From positions 12,524,001-12,588,000 of the forward strand of contig OZ024761.1 of the NCBI GenBank assembly GCA_964016885.1: DNA of 64,000 nt, written 5' to 3'. Positions 1-14,265 of this stretch are shown in pieces (the first letter of the stretch is position 1; every line of letters starts with the position of its first letter). The stretch comes from Eledone cirrhosa. Its lineage: Eukaryota. Made by a program: the position numbers and the translations under genes. The notes under the pieces were generated by a model that saw only the letters and a list, made by a program, of their open reading frames with translations, searched no databases and was not told where the DNA came from.

Positions 1-94
1 ATTATTTCCTACTGAATCTCATATTTGTTAAGTCTATTTAATGTAATACTTAAGAATGGCAAGCGCATCTAGGGTTTTGGAGATGGTACTGTCT

Positions 95-210
95 TATTTT
101 TGGGGGATCATCTTATCCGGCGAATATAGGCCTAAACCTAAATCACACCTCAGAATTTTAGGGGTCGACCTATGGACTGGACCGACTTGTACACCAGCAT
201 ATACGGTATA
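95..210. mobile_element. Right end of a Tc1/pogo(Tc2)-like DNA transposon/MITE
   Basis: Ends ggggtcgacctat...gacttgtacaccagcatatacgg followed by TA, resembling CCGTATA-type Tc2/pogo TIRs; left end not seen. Confidence 0.4.
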
Positions 211-586
211 TATAAGTAAAGAGAATGAAGGAGAGGTACGCAAGGGATCACTCGAGGGTGAAATGGGAAGCAGTGAAAAATACTCAATACCATAGAGTAG
301 AATAATATTTATTCAAAGCCAAGACTTTCTGCTCCTCACTATATATAAATATATAAATATATATATATATTTTTCAATCACATATATTTTTATTGTTTGA
401 CCCGAATTACTTGGTCGTTTATTTTGGCTGTGTGGATGATTTGTTTAACCACCATCTCAGTGTGTTTGGCCCTTAACGTATGTTGTAGCTCTGGTTCATT
501 CTGAATCATCGAGCGCTTGCCACACATCTCGGAAGTTGATTTTCGTTAATTCCTAAGCTGAAGTACGATTCTCGCTAATTTATATT

Positions 587-655
<69 letters not shown>

Positions 656-660
<5 letters not shown>

Positions 661-975
661 GTTAAAACGATCAAATTTTAGTTTAGAACATTTAGGGTAC
701 ATAATGTTCTAAATGACTAGGATTTTAGTCACATGTTTTGACATTCCCCATGCTTCGATGATTCCAGACTTCCCTCTGGAAGAAACAATTGTCAACAAAT
801 AAATGTTCTAAACTAAAATTTGATCGTTTTAACACTTTGTATCTCGGCTCTGTAAAACACTTGAAAATTTTGCATTGAGCCTTTTGTCATACCGCTAACC
901 GCCTAGTACTTAGTACTACCCTACATATTTATAGTTGTATCAAACATATGTAAATATAACTATCCTTATTACTAT
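656..975 (+). mobile_element. Penelope-like 3' stub with 39-bp inverted arm and 5'-damaged hammerhead
   Basis: Arms 656-694 and 800-838 are reverse complements; 757-793 reads GATGA-ttccaga(cttccc)tctggaa-GAAAC-aatt-GTC; flanked by (TA)n. Confidence 0.65.
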
Positions 976-1238
976 ATATATATATAAGTATGTACACATA
1001 CATACATATATGTATACAGACGTACAGTAGTATGTATATATATATACATACATACACACATATATATATGTACGTATGGATTCACCGAACATATATATAT
1101 GTGTACATGTATGTATGTATATATATATACATACTACTGTACGTCTGTATACATATATGTATGTACGTGTACATACTTATATTTAAGTAACAGCCATACT
1201 AATAGTGGGAAATGAAATTTCGTTTCATTTTTTCCGTT

Positions 1239-1269
<31 letters not shown>

Positions 1270-1310
1270 AAATGAATAAGTCAAATGTTTAAAATTTGGC
1301 TTCGTTTATT

Positions 1311-1365
1311 ACTGCTATATATATTTCGGTGACAGCCATCTTTGGCTGTGACCTCTTCAGGCAGT
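1311..1365 (-). ncRNA. Type I hammerhead ribozyme (AUA cleavage, minimal helix III)
   Basis: Minus strand: actgc-CTGAAGA-ggtcacagcc(aaagat)ggctgtcacc-GAAA-tatata-TA-gcagt; helix I actgc/gcagt. Confidence 0.85.
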
Positions 1366-1528
1366 CCGAATTAGTGTGGTAGAGACGAGTACATATGTTG
1401 TTGAGGTGTTTAACTTTGTCAATACTCTGATGTGCCCAGTTCCTGGTTGGGTCGTTATTTCACTGAGGAACTGCGAGTGCTCCAATCTGCATACTGAGGT
1501 GTTGGTATACAATCAACATATACTCAAA

Positions 1529-1590
<62 letters not shown>

Positions 1591-1759
1591 GTGTATATAT
1601 ATATGGAGAAGAAGTTTATGAAATGGAAATGCGGGTATACAGAATTTATTAGGTAACAATTGTTTCTATAGTGTATGGGTTACCTATACCTCGCTATTTG
1701 AATAATATAAAAATATTATCATAAACCGAAGGTACAGTGTGTATATATATATATATACA

Positions 1760-1831
<72 letters not shown>

Positions 1832-1976
1832 CATCATAATCATTTAATGCCCATTTTCTACCCTAGCATGGGTAGGAAGAGCTGACTCTTTGGGAGAGAT
1901 CAGGTCAGAGGACTGTGTTTGGCTCACCTGGGGCTGATTTTGGCCTGGTTTCTACAGCTGGATACCCTTCCTAACA

Positions 1977-2023
<47 letters not shown>

Positions 2024-2416
2024 TCAGAGCGGTGCCATCCAGTTCCAGGCTTCCAACTGTGGTTTTGCTGTATGGAGGATTCAGCGCGGCCAACTGGCCT
2101 GTCCCTCCTCATTGCGGTGCCATCCAGTGCCACACTGTAAACGTGGTTGGTGTTAGGAAGGGCATCGAACTGTAAAAACATGTGTCACCTTTACAGTCCC
2201 ATCAGAGCAAAGTGTGGCATGGTCACTCCTGGCCAGATTTCTCTCTCAAGGGGGATAACCCGTCTGACCTATGCAAACATGGAAAAATGGACATTAAATG
2301 ATGATAGATAGATATCTGGGGTATTATTCTCTATCGAGTGCTAAAGCTACATTCCGAATTTGCATTCGTTAGCTTAGCCGCAGCCTAAAGCTTCATTAAT
2401 GCTGTACTAAAATTTG

Positions 2417-2496
<80 letters not shown>

Positions 2497-2564
2497 CATA
2501 TATATACAGTGCATGTGATTCGATACACAATAAAATACCAAATTCATGTAAACAAAACTACATC

Positions 2565-2597
<33 letters not shown>

Positions 2598-2600
<3 letters not shown>

Positions 2601-2782
2601 TTAATATAGATGATTTTCTACAGGACTAGAACTGTTTCATTCTTTAGAAATCATCAGGAATCTCTAAAGAATGAAACAGTTCTCGTCCTGTAGAATCTCA
2701 TCTATATTAAAACTTTTATACTCTGCTATGTATTGAGTACCTTACTTACTGTGGTTACCTCCGATTCAACCCGGAATAACGT
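2598..2782. mobile_element. Inverted Penelope-like stub with partial HHR (same family as 27135-27300)
   Basis: Arms about 2598-2648 and 2664-2713; minus strand CTGATGA-tttc(taaa)gaat-GAAAC-agttcta-GTC; tail ttGAGtac; in (TA)n. Confidence 0.65.
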
Positions 2783-3286
2783 ATATATATATATATATAT
2801 ATAAGTATTTCCGTAGGATGGGTAAAGGAAAGGAGAGTGCTCTATGTATGCTACAGAGCTATTTAATTATGTAATAATTATGTAATTATGTTGTTTGTTA
2901 CATAAATATATAAATATATAGATATAATAGTCCAGGAACTACTATAGGCTCCCGTTTTACGTGTGTTGTATTGAAGTGAATAACTATGTGTATACTCTGG
3001 GAGTGTATCTTACATTACCTATTGAGTACGCTGAGATACAACCGGTACTGGCATTGTTAAATATGCTGGGTCCGTCAACTCATTATATATATATTTATAT
3101 ATATATATATATATATATAACCAAATGAAAAAGATATATGCATATATACATATATCTTCTTCATTTGGTTATTATGGCTTTAGATAAAGTCTATTGAACT
3201 TACTTATTGAGAAACGCAAAATTCTAACACATTTGATATGTGTTGATTCCTTATTTGTGTGCATATATATATATATATATATATCA

Positions 3287-3622
3287 TTCATTTCATTTTA
3301 TGTCCACTCTTTCCCTGCTTGCAAGGGTGGGACGGGAACTGATTCTGGCTTGATTTCTACAGCTGGATGCCCTTCCTAACACCAACCTCATTTACAGTGA
3401 GTGCTGGGTGCTTTTTTTTGCCGTGGCACCTCCACGACCACTTTGCAGTGGAATGATAGGGACCCCAGTCCCTATCATCTCATTTCTACAGCTGAGTAAA
3501 CTGGAGCAATGTGAAATAAAGTGTCTTGCTCAAGGAAACAACACATCACCCAGTCTGAGAATTGAACTCACAACCTTTTGATTGCAAGGCCAATGCTCTA
3601 ACCACTAAGCCATGTGCCTCCA
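3287..3622 (-). mobile_element. tRNA-derived SINE (family A) with RTE-LINE-type 3' tail
   Basis: Reverse complement of the 31158-31525 copy; A box tggcttagtgg, B box gagttcaattc. Confidence 0.85.
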
Positions 3623-3700
3623 CATATATATATATATATACATATATAAATCAGGAAAGAAGAGTGACACGGTTTGCTATACAAAAAGGTTTTAATCTCA

Positions 3701-3810
3701 TTGCAGACAATTATTTCTCTGAACTGGTAGGTCTAGAGATCGCTACCCGCCTGTTTTCGCGTCATTCGATCACCAATACATAGTTGTAACCAGTCAATTC
3801 ATCAGAGCTA
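3701..3810 (-). ncRNA. Degenerate hammerhead with long helix II
   Basis: tagct-CTGATGA-attgactgg...(about 65 nt)...ccagttcaga-GAAA-taattg-TC; sister copy at 17240 has GAAAC-aatt-GTC-agcta, which restores helix I. Confidence 0.5.
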
Positions 3811-4206
3811 GCTAGAAATAACCGCGTACTCGCAGCATCACTATGGAAACGCCTTGTTGAGTCAAACTTAGCCAAGCGTTGATATCATCCACTACTCGGA
3901 GGAGTACCCGAACTGGACTACCTATAACAATAATCTGTTATCCCATATATATATATATAGTAGGAAGCGCATCCAGCTGTAGAAATCAAGCCCAAATCAG
4001 TTCCTGTATGAGCAAGACAAAGTCAGCCGACCAGACACTGCCCACAACAGGACAACCCGTCTAACCCATGCTAGCATGGAAGAACAGACGTAAAACGGTG
4101 ATGATGATGATGATAGTAATAATAATAAATTTGAAGACTAAAATCCAAAGAGGGTTCGAGAAGGATAAATATATATCAAATATATAAGAACCGTAGAGCA
4201 TATACA

Positions 4207-4246
<40 letters not shown>

Positions 4247-4284
4247 GTTTCTGGCTTGTATTGGCCGATAATACTTCTTGTTGT

Positions 4285-4337
4285 TTTAATTGCCCTGATG
4301 AGTCCTTAATAGGACGAAACATTGTCGGCTAATAAAG
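4285..4337 (+). ncRNA. Type I hammerhead ribozyme (GUC)
   Basis: gcc-CTGATGA-gtcct(taat)aggac-GAAAC-att-GTC-ggc, then aataaa; element about 4247-4485 lies between TA tracts. Confidence 0.85.
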
Positions 4338-4484
4338 ACTTTTGATGTATTGAAGGCTTCTTTGTTTTACTTTCTTAATTCTTCGGCTCTGTTCTGTTTA
4401 ACTACATTGAGCTATACCTTTTACTGCCATTTCTATAATACGAAGAGGGTGTTTAACTCCAACACGCTCCAGTATTTTAACCCT

Positions 4485-4516
<32 letters not shown>

Positions 4517-4833
4517 GAAGGACGAGATTACCTGATAACATGTTAATCTGCTTGACAATTACACACCCATTTGTAATTGCCCAACCTGACGTGTGATTTC
4601 TATACAGAAATGTCCCCTGCATAATTTACACCCCAGTTAATGCAGGCATGTTTATCAATATATGCTTCGAGTTTACCTTTCCTGGGGCAATTCTCAACTT
4701 AACAGAAGAATCAATGATGTGCAGTAGAAATTCTTAAACTTTGAATAAATTCTACACAATATATATGTGTATAATGTTTTCTTCTAACGTATGTAGATTC
4801 AAACGAACACACACACATATATATATATATATA

Positions 4834-5036
4834 TAATATAAGATCAAAAGATGGTTAAAAGAGTTCCATGTATTTTATTATGTGCATTTCAAAAACAATT
4901 ATGCGCATAATAAAATACATGGAACTCTTTTAACCATCTTTTGATCTTATATTATTTATACTCCAGTCCTATAAACTGTTGAGTGCTACTTATCCGATAT
5001 TTGCATTGCTTTATTGTGCTACAATAAAACTCACCT

Positions 5037-5038
<2 letters not shown>
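4834..5038 (+). mobile_element. Hairpin stub in (TA)n, Penelope-like 3' end
   Basis: 54-bp inverted arms 4834-4887/4901-4954, then a unique tail with ttGAGtgc. Confidence 0.55.
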
Positions 5039-5087
<49 letters not shown>

Positions 5088-5182
5088 ATAATAATAAATG
5101 TGAAGAGTAAAATCCAAAGAGGATTCGATAAGGATAAATATATATCAAGTATATACGAACCCTAAAGCAAATATTTATTAAG

Positions 5183-5248
<66 letters not shown>

Positions 5249-5412
5249 GAGAGGAGGCGTAAGAGAGTGGAGAGGAGAGAGAAATTAGTCAATGTTTTAG
5301 CGATTAGATAGTAATATGCAATCTATAAGCCCATATATATACATGTATTGTTAAAGGTACGTAACTTAATACTTTTTACATGAACAGTGTACGTGTCTTA
5401 ATCTCTTTCTCT

Positions 5413-5462
<50 letters not shown>

Positions 5463-5774
5463 TATGTATGTATATATATATATAAATAAACACACATTAT
5501 TTCAAAAAGTTTTTCCAAATTTTTCCCACGCCCGTGTTTTACATTAGTCAGCAGCTCGAATATTCTCTAAACTGAATTTTCCGACTCACCTTTGTATCTA
5601 CCCATATACTACCCACCTCTCCACTTAACTACCTACGTATTTACCCACTTACCTACCTACCTACTTACTTATCTACTTACCTTCCCACCTACCCACCTAC
5701 CTATCTATTTACCCACTTACCTACATCCCTACCCATCTATCAACCAATGCACCTAGCTATCTGATACTACCCTA

Positions 5775-6110
5775 ACTATGAGAGAGGCACTGCACCCCAG
5801 TAAATTTACTGAAAGGTGGGTGAATGAAGCGAAAATGGCCCGAGTGATTGGGTCTTCTCTGTTTATAAACCTGTAGGTTGAAGAAGAAAGCAAAGGGAAG
5901 AAAGGAGCACTTGCACAACACGCTCCTGCAGTTGAGTGTTGTTCTATCTACGGGGTATTAAACAACCCATTTGTGGCACCTCCCCCCTATTGGGGATTTC
6001 GATTGTTGTAATTGTTTGTTTTTATATTTTTTACACGATTGTATGTAAAATCCCCGGCATGTCTTTGTATTGTCCCCTTTTCTTGTGCGCCCTTGTGGCT
6101 AATAAAGAAA
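5775..6110 (+). mobile_element. 3' end of a LINE (L1/Tx1-like); related copy at 43490-43790
   Basis: ORF end EREALHPSKFTERWVNEAKMARVIGSSLFINL*, then a T-rich UTR ending cccttgtggctaataaagaaata, similar to ccctgtggccaataaatgaaat at 43770. Confidence 0.4.
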
Positions 6111-6114
6111 TATA

Positions 6115-6525
6115 TCTACCTATCTCCCTACCTTCATATTTATCTCTCCACCTGTCCATCTACCTTTATATCTACCTACCTACCTACCTATCTCCCAACC
6201 TACCTATCTCCCAACCTACCTATCTCCCTAAACTACCTACCTATCTCCCAACCTACCTATCTCCCAACCTACCTCCCTATCTCCCAACCTACCTCCCTAC
6301 CTACCAACCTACCTCCCTACCTACCTACCTATCTCCCAACCTACCTCCCTATCTCCCAACCTACCTACCTATCTCCCAACCTACCAACCTACCTCCCTAT
6401 CTACCAACCTACCTACCTACCTATCTCCCAACCTACCTACCAACCTACCTCCCTACCTACCTACCTACCTACCTACCTCCCTCCCTACCTACCTATCTCC
6501 CAACCTACCAACCTACCTACCTACT
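6115..6525. repeat. (CCTA)n-derived compound repeat
   Basis: cctacctatctcccaa units. Confidence 0.9.
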
Positions 6526-6624
6526 CGTCCCAAACAATACCTGTGTAAATAAAATCTGTATACTGAGCTGTCATATGAACATTGTGTGAGAGAGAGTTAA
6601 ATGCCCTTCCTCTATATACCGAGA

Positions 6625-6880
6625 GGATAGGGAACAGGAGGAGAGTAAGAGAGGGAGAAAGGTAGGAGAGTAAAGAGAGAAGGAGAGGGAGTAAAGAGAG
6701 AAGGAGAGTAAGAGAGGGAGTAAAGAGAGAAGGAGAGAAAGAGAGGGAGTAAAGAGAGAAGGAGAGTAAGAGAGGGAGTAAAGAGAGAAGGAGAGAAAGA
6801 GAGGGAGTAAAGAAAGAAGGAGAGTGAGAGAGAGGGAGTAAAAAGAGGGAGTAAAGAGAGAAGGAGAGAAAGAAGGAAAC
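6625..6880. repeat. Purine-rich minisatellite
   Basis: gagagggagtaaagagagaagga units. Confidence 0.85.
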
Positions 6881-7061
6881 CAGGAAATGTTTACATCAAA
6901 TGATCGTTCATAGTTATCATCGCCATTTGTAAACAATAATAAAGAGGCGATTCTCGACCTCTTATCTACTGTACATATACAAACACACACACACATATAT
7001 ATATATAGATACACACACACATATATATATATATATACACACTCATACCTACCTATACATA

Positions 7062-7092
<31 letters not shown>

Positions 7093-7193
7093 CACACACA
7101 TACATACCTATACATAACACACACACACATATATATATATATATCCACACACACATATATATATATATACACACTCATACCTACCTATACATA

Positions 7194-7224
<31 letters not shown>

Positions 7225-7248
7225 CACACACATACCTACCTATACATA

Positions 7249-7323
<75 letters not shown>

Positions 7324-7472
7324 AACATTCTTATATATCTATCTAGGGCGTGTTAAATTCCCGAGGTATATCGATATATATATTGTGTGTGTGTGTGTAT
7401 GTATAGGTACGTTTGTATATATACATGTTATACCTAAATATAACATGTATATATACAAAAATACCTATACAT

Positions 7473-7524
<52 letters not shown>

Positions 7525-7547
7525 TAGTAGTGTGATATATATATATC

Positions 7548-8098
7548 GGACATCATGCTTCACAACATATAGTTACGTCCCTTTGTGTTCTGAGTTCAAA
7601 TTCCACCTAGATTAGCTTTGCCTTTCATCCTTATGGAGTCGATAGAATGGAGTACCAGTAATGCACTGGTCGATCTAATTGACTTTACCCTGTCCCAAAA
7701 TTGATGGCCCTGTGCCTACAGTAGAAATGATTATTAGGTTAACTTTGCCTTTCATTCTTACGGGGTAGATAAAATAAAGTACTAGTAATACACTGGGATA
7801 ATTGCTGGCCTTGTGCCAAAAGTAGAAACAATTATTATTATTATTATTATCATCCGTATGGAGTCGATAAATAAAGTACCAGTAATACACTGGTGTATAT
7901 GTAATCGACTTTCTCCTCCACCAAACCTGCTGGCCTTGTGTCCTAGTGTAGAAACCATTATTATAACTATGCCCCTTGCCATTCTGAGTTCAAATCCCGC
8001 CGAGGTTAACTTTGCCTTTCATCCTTACGGGGTCGATAAAATAAAGTACCAGTAATACACTGGTATAATTACTGGCCTTGTGCCAAATGTAGAAACCA
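7548..8098 (+). mobile_element. Cluster of tandem partial copies of SINE family B
   Basis: Repeated gcctttcatccttacggggtcgataaaataaagtaccag...ggccttgtgccaaaagtagaaac + (ATT)n. Confidence 0.8.
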
Positions 8099-8409
8099 CT
8101 ATGAATTACATGGAGTGACTGGAGAGTGTGAGGTTTTGTGAGGTTGATCGATACAATTTATCACGAAACTCTAAACACTTAGCTCTCAGTGATGAAGTTT
8201 TACTCGGTACAGCGGAGTTGATCGAGATAAAATCGATCATAGAGTTTTGATCAATACGGTATAGTTTATCGCGTTTATCGATCTAAGAAGGATGAAAGGC
8301 AAAGTTGAGCTCGGCAATATTTTGAACTTAAACGTGTGTGTGAGAGAGAGAGAGAGACAGAGAGAGAGAGGGGGGTATAAGAGGAAAGAGTAAAAGAGAG
8401 AGAGAGGAG

Positions 8410-8440
<31 letters not shown>

Positions 8441-8818
8441 TGTTCGAATGTCTGAAATTCTTCGAAATTTAAGTAAGAAATAAAAAAAACTATATAAAAA
8501 CCTTGTATGTCTTTTTTCTTCGAAAGTTTTATAAACCTTTGATAGTTAAAGAAAACCACACATACACACACACTCTCTTTCTCTCTCTCTGACACACACA
8601 CACAAACACACACACACAAGAACAAATAGTTAGGATGTTTGTTGAGACTTACCGAAAACTAAAAGAGTGAGGCCGTGTTTGGTTTAGTTTAAAGTATATA
8701 ATTATCCCAAAAGGTTTCCTTCATCGGTAATCAAGTAATCAAAAAATTTAATATTGTAGCAAATACTGACACACATAAACATATATATGTTTGTATATAT
8801 ATATTAGGAACAAGTATG

Positions 8819-8914
8819 ACCCCGACGGCAGAGCTCAAGCCGTTTCGACGGCTAATTCTGGACTAAATAAGAATGTTTAGCCTGGTAAATAGATAGCCGA
8901 ACTTCTCAGGGGGT
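8819..8914 (-). ncRNA. Degenerate hammerhead with extended helices II/III
   Basis: acccc-CTGAGAAG-ttcggcta...tagccgtc-GAAAC-ggc(ttgagctct)gcc-GTC-ggggt; core deviates from CUGANGA. Confidence 0.5.
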
Positions 8915-8961
8915 AATTTGGTGCGTTATGGTCCATCTGGTTCCTTACCACATTTCCTTCG

Positions 8962-8997
<36 letters not shown>

Positions 8998-9135
8998 TGT
9001 GGTAAAATTTGGTAGAAATATCCAAGGATTAGAACACTCACTCACTCAGTCCATAGGACGAGCATGTTACTGTTGTAACTATTTATATATATGGTTGTGT
9101 GTGTGTGAGTGAGTGTGTGTCTGTGTGTATGTATA

Positions 9136-9168
<33 letters not shown>

Positions 9169-10019
9169 AGTGTGTATGTGTGTCAGTAAGTTAGATCCCC
9201 TTCTGTCTTGCTTGGAGAGAGAAAGTCTAAGAAGAGAGAGATGCTGATGTGACTTGCTAGATGGTCGTTAGGTGAGAAGAGATTGGCGAGGATGGCGATA
9301 TTCGGTGCTAGCGTATTGCCCGACCTTTCTATATCTATCCAGTTAAACTTGCGTAGGTGCCCGGCCTGTTCTTAAGGCAATATCCGCGTGTTTGTATATA
9401 CATATATATACATATGTATACATATATATTTATATATATATTTGTTTGTTTGTGTGTGTGTATATAAATGCCTGCTGGTTTCGTCCCGTCTTATCAGCAG
9501 ATCTCTCTCTCTCTCTTTCCTTCTCTCTCTCGTATATATATATATATATATATATATACTTATATATACACACACTTATATGTGTATATATATGTGAGTG
9601 TGTGTATGTTTTAGTTATCTGCCTGGCTTCTTGTCAGGCAGCTTAACTTCCGAAAAAGTTTGAAGCGAGTCACTTGAAGAAGACGGCAAGTGGAAGAAAG
9701 TTAAGAAAAGAATAGATCGGTGGGGAGGGGGAGGGAGAGTAAGAGAAAGAGAGGGTGGGAGGAGAGTAAAAAGAGAGTGAGGGTGAGAGAGTGGAGGAGA
9801 GAAAGAGATAGCGTGAGAGAGAAAGAGAGGGTAGGAGAGAGTGAAAAAGAAAGGAAGAGAAAGAAAAGAGGGGTGTAAAGGAAGCCAAAAAGTCAAGAAA
9901 ACAAGACTTTACTTACACACACACACACTCATACACTCACACACACACACTCATACACTCACACACATACACTCATACACTCATACACGGACACAGGGGA
10001 AGTTTGCTAACACGCACAT

Positions 10020-10670
10020 TACGGAAAAGTTCCGCAAACGAACAAACGCACACAGACTACTGAAGCTTTGCACACACACACAGTTACACAGTACGGAAAG
10101 TTTGCACACACATACATACATACACACACAAATACACAGAGTACGGAAAGTTTGCACACACATACATACACACACAAATACACAGAGTACGGAAAGTTTG
10201 CACACACATACATACACACACAGATACACAGTACGGAAAGTTTGCACACACATACATACACACACAAATACACAGAGTACGGAAAGTTTGCACACCCATA
10301 CATACACACACTCACACACAGAGTACGGAAAGTTTGCACACATACATAAACACAGAAACAGAGTACGGAAACCTTGCACACGCATACATACACACACAAA
10401 CACACAGAGTACTGAAACTTTGAATACATAAACACACAAACACAGTGAATACTAAAACTTTGCATACAAACACAATACTGTAACTTTGGAAATTCACACA
10501 CACACACACACAGTACTGTAACTTTGGACATTCATACACTCACACACAGTACTGTAACTTTGGACATTCACACACACACACACAGTACTGTAACTTTGGA
10601 CATTCACACACACACACAGTACTGTAACTTTGCATACATATACACAAACACAGTGCAGACACTTTACACA
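10020..10670. repeat. CA-interspersed minisatellite
   Basis: cagtacggaaagtttgcacac... and cagtactgtaactttggacattc... units. Confidence 0.85.
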
Positions 10671-11004
10671 CACATACACCAATTACAAGGTATTGCAAGA
10701 TCTACTAACCAATAGATCTGATCAATTGATCTGATAATAGATCTACTGACCAATAGATCTGATCAATTGATCTGATAATAGATCTACTGACCAATAGATC
10801 TGACCAATTGATCTGACAATAGATCTGACCAATTGATCTGACAATAGATCTGACCAATTGATCTGTTGACCAACAGATCGACTGACCAACAGATCTGACC
10901 TGGAGCTCAACAACAATTAGTCACTCAGTTACATAGCTTTTTCTCTCATTACATTCATCAAAATATTTTCTTTATCATCATCATCATTATTATTATTATT
11001 ATTA

Positions 11005-11200
11005 GGGCGGTGGATTGGCAGTATCAGTAGAGGGTCGGACACCATGCTTTGCAGCATAGTTACGTCCCTTTACGATCTGAGTTCAAATCCCGCCGAGGTT
11101 AACTTTGCCTTTCATCCTTACGGGGTCGATAAAATAAAGTACCAGTAATGCACTGGGTAATTGCTGGCCTTGTGCCTAAAGTAGAAACAATTATTATTAT
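11005..11200 (+). mobile_element. Full-length tRNA-derived SINE family B
   Basis: A box tggcagtatcagtag, B box gagttcaaatccc, conserved central gcctttcatcct..ggggtcgataaa (resembles Meta-type SINE domain, from memory), (ATT)n tail. Confidence 0.85.
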
Positions 11201-11634
11201 TTATAAAATTTTTTCATTTACTCAAATAAACTGCCAAGACTTTAGTTCTTGACATTCAAAGAAACTACTTCAGACCACTTTTGCTATGAAATGTCTCAAT
11301 AAAAAACTGACCTCTTTAACTACTTTGCAGCTATTTCCGTTGCATATATTTCAAAAGAGAAAAAAAAACAGAGTAGAAAGGCTTTGTAACCAGCAAATAG
11401 AAGGAAGAAGATGTTACAGACTTGCTCAAGATTATCTGGAGTGAAACCATGAGAAAGAAGAACATAGTACAGACTTGCTCAAGAATATCTGGAATGAAAC
11501 CTTAAGAAGGAAGATGTTACAGGAAGCTCACAGAGATATTATAAAAAAATGTTTTAAAGTAATTTATGTGTCATAGGTCACATTAAGAAAAAGGTCATAT
11601 TTTTCGGAATGTAATTCTGTTGGAATGTGTTTAA

Positions 11635-12011
11635 CTCTTTAGCATTTAAACTGGCCATATCTGGCCAGAATTCTCTCACCTCTTTCTATTCAAACAAGCT
11701 GTAACTCGCAACTCATACTGATGTTAAGGTATTGTTCTTAAAATAAGTGACATCAAAATCTCATAGATTCGATATTATGTGGGATAATTATGTGAGATAA
11801 AGCTTTTACCACGAAAATGCAATAGTATATATAGATTAATGTAAATGATAGGTGAGATATGTGAAATAATTATGTGAGGTAAAACTTTACCACAAAAATA
11901 CAACAGTATATATAGAGTAATGTAAATATGTGATATTATGTGGGATAACTAAGTGAGGTAAAGCCATTACCACGAAAATACAATAGTATATACATAGTAA
12001 ATACAAAAGGG
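11635..12011. mobile_element. piggyBac-like MITE
   Basis: TTAA flanks; ends ctctttagcattta...aaaaggg; internal duplications. Confidence 0.7.
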
Positions 12012-12182
12012 TTAAGCTCAGAAGTACTATAAAGATAGCTTATGAAAGACGAGTGTAAAGACAAGTCAATAAGCCGTGAAGACTGGAGACCAAACTGGGA
12101 ATTAGGGATATGTGAAAATGGAAAGTCTAGGGCTCTAGTGTCACAGAAGAATGTGGAGGGGGGATGCCCTTCCTAACACCAA

Positions 12183-12257
<75 letters not shown>

Positions 12258-12371
12258 AAAGTTTTATTTAAAATTGTTGGGTTACAACAAGTAAATATTT
12301 TATAACTGATATAAAGCACTCGACAAGTTTTTGGAGTAGATATACGATATTAAACAAATGGAAACCATATT

Positions 12372-12437
12372 TATTTCATTATACATATTTCAGGGATACC
12401 ATATTAAAAATATGGCATGCCTTCGTCAGATAAAATA
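12372..12437 (-). ncRNA. Type I hammerhead ribozyme
   Basis: tattttat-CTGACGA-aggcatgccatatt(ttt)aatatggtatccct-GAAA-tatgta-TA-atgaaata. Confidence 0.8.
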
Positions 12438-12580
12438 CAATATATAACCAGTTTTATAAATAATTTTGACGCACCATAAATATAGCTACCATTAAATATA
12501 GCGACCAAGCCAGCCTCCTACCTTAATGGTCGCTATATTTATGGTGCGTCAAAATTATTTATAAAACTGGTTATATATTG

Positions 12581-12646
12581 TATTTTATCTGACGAAGGCA
12601 TGCCATATTTTTAATATGGTATCCCTGAAATATGTATAATGAAATA
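12581..12646 (+). ncRNA. Type I hammerhead ribozyme
   Basis: Identical motif on the plus strand; predicted cleavage after 12638. Confidence 0.8.
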
Positions 12647-12688
12647 ATAATATGGTTTTATAAATATAGTTTCCATTTGTTTAATATC

Positions 12689-12753
<65 letters not shown>

Positions 12754-12998
12754 AAGGTTAAACAAGGTTCAATGAATAAATCAATGAATAAAGTTTTACA
12801 ATAGATTAGAAGCACTCCACAGCTACGGTTTTCCAGAGTTCTCCTTAATATTACTTTAGAGATGCTTCAATAGCTGACAATTGTATGTACATGTGCATTA
12901 ATGAGTGTGTGTATGTGACTGTGTACATATATGTCACACATACATACACGCAGGTATATATATATATGTATACATTCACACACTCACACATACACACA

Positions 12999-13060
<62 letters not shown>

Positions 13061-13403
13061 TGTGTGTATGTGTATATTCGTGAGTGAGTGAGTGTATATG
13101 TATGCGGTTTAAATGTCCGACATCGTTATCTCCGCTAGGACGATGGCGAAAGCAGCCAAATAATAGTGGAAAAGGGGCTTTACTCTGAACATTGCAAATG
13201 GCGCCCTTGCATGGCCGAAGTCCAATGACGAATGCCAAGTATTTCCTTCATTACAGAAATGTTTCCAATTAGACTTCTAATAATACAATATATTCCAAGG
13301 GAAATAACTCTGAATGGAATTTACACAATAGGATAACAACAGAGATAATAGAATTATCTAATATATTTCATAAATTGATTTCTATCACAATAGCAGGGTG
13401 ATA

Positions 13404-13495
<92 letters not shown>

Positions 13496-13808
13496 CATAA
13501 ACACACACATATATATATATATATACATTATATATATACATATACACACACACACATATATATATATACATTATATATATGTATATATATAAATATATAT
13601 ATACATATACACACACACATATATATATACATATACATCCAACATATATATTATATATTACATATATCCACATATACATTATATATATGCATAAATACAC
13701 ATATATACGCAAAATATGTATTATATATATACACACACACAATATATATATATACACACACACACAATATATATATACACACACACACACATATATACGC
13801 ACAATATG

Positions 13809-13853
<45 letters not shown>

Positions 13854-13875
13854 ATATATATATACACACAATATG

Positions 13876-13916
<41 letters not shown>

Positions 13917-13938
13917 ATATATATATACACACAATATG

Positions 13939-13977
<39 letters not shown>

Positions 13978-13999
13978 ATATATATATACACACAATATG

Positions 14000-14038
<39 letters not shown>

Positions 14039-14075
14039 ATATATATATATATATACACACACAATATATATATAA

Positions 14076-14178
<103 letters not shown>

Positions 14179-14217
14179 ATAAATATATATATATATATAC
14201 ATATATCTATACACACA

Positions 14218-14265
<48 letters not shown>

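Larger units (their letters stand above)
12255..12690. mobile_element. Palindromic Penelope-like insertion with an HHR on each strand
   Basis: Inverted arms about 12346-12485 and 12530-12689, embedded in long (TA)n; same family at 16563-16748 and 26658-27087. Confidence 0.8.
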
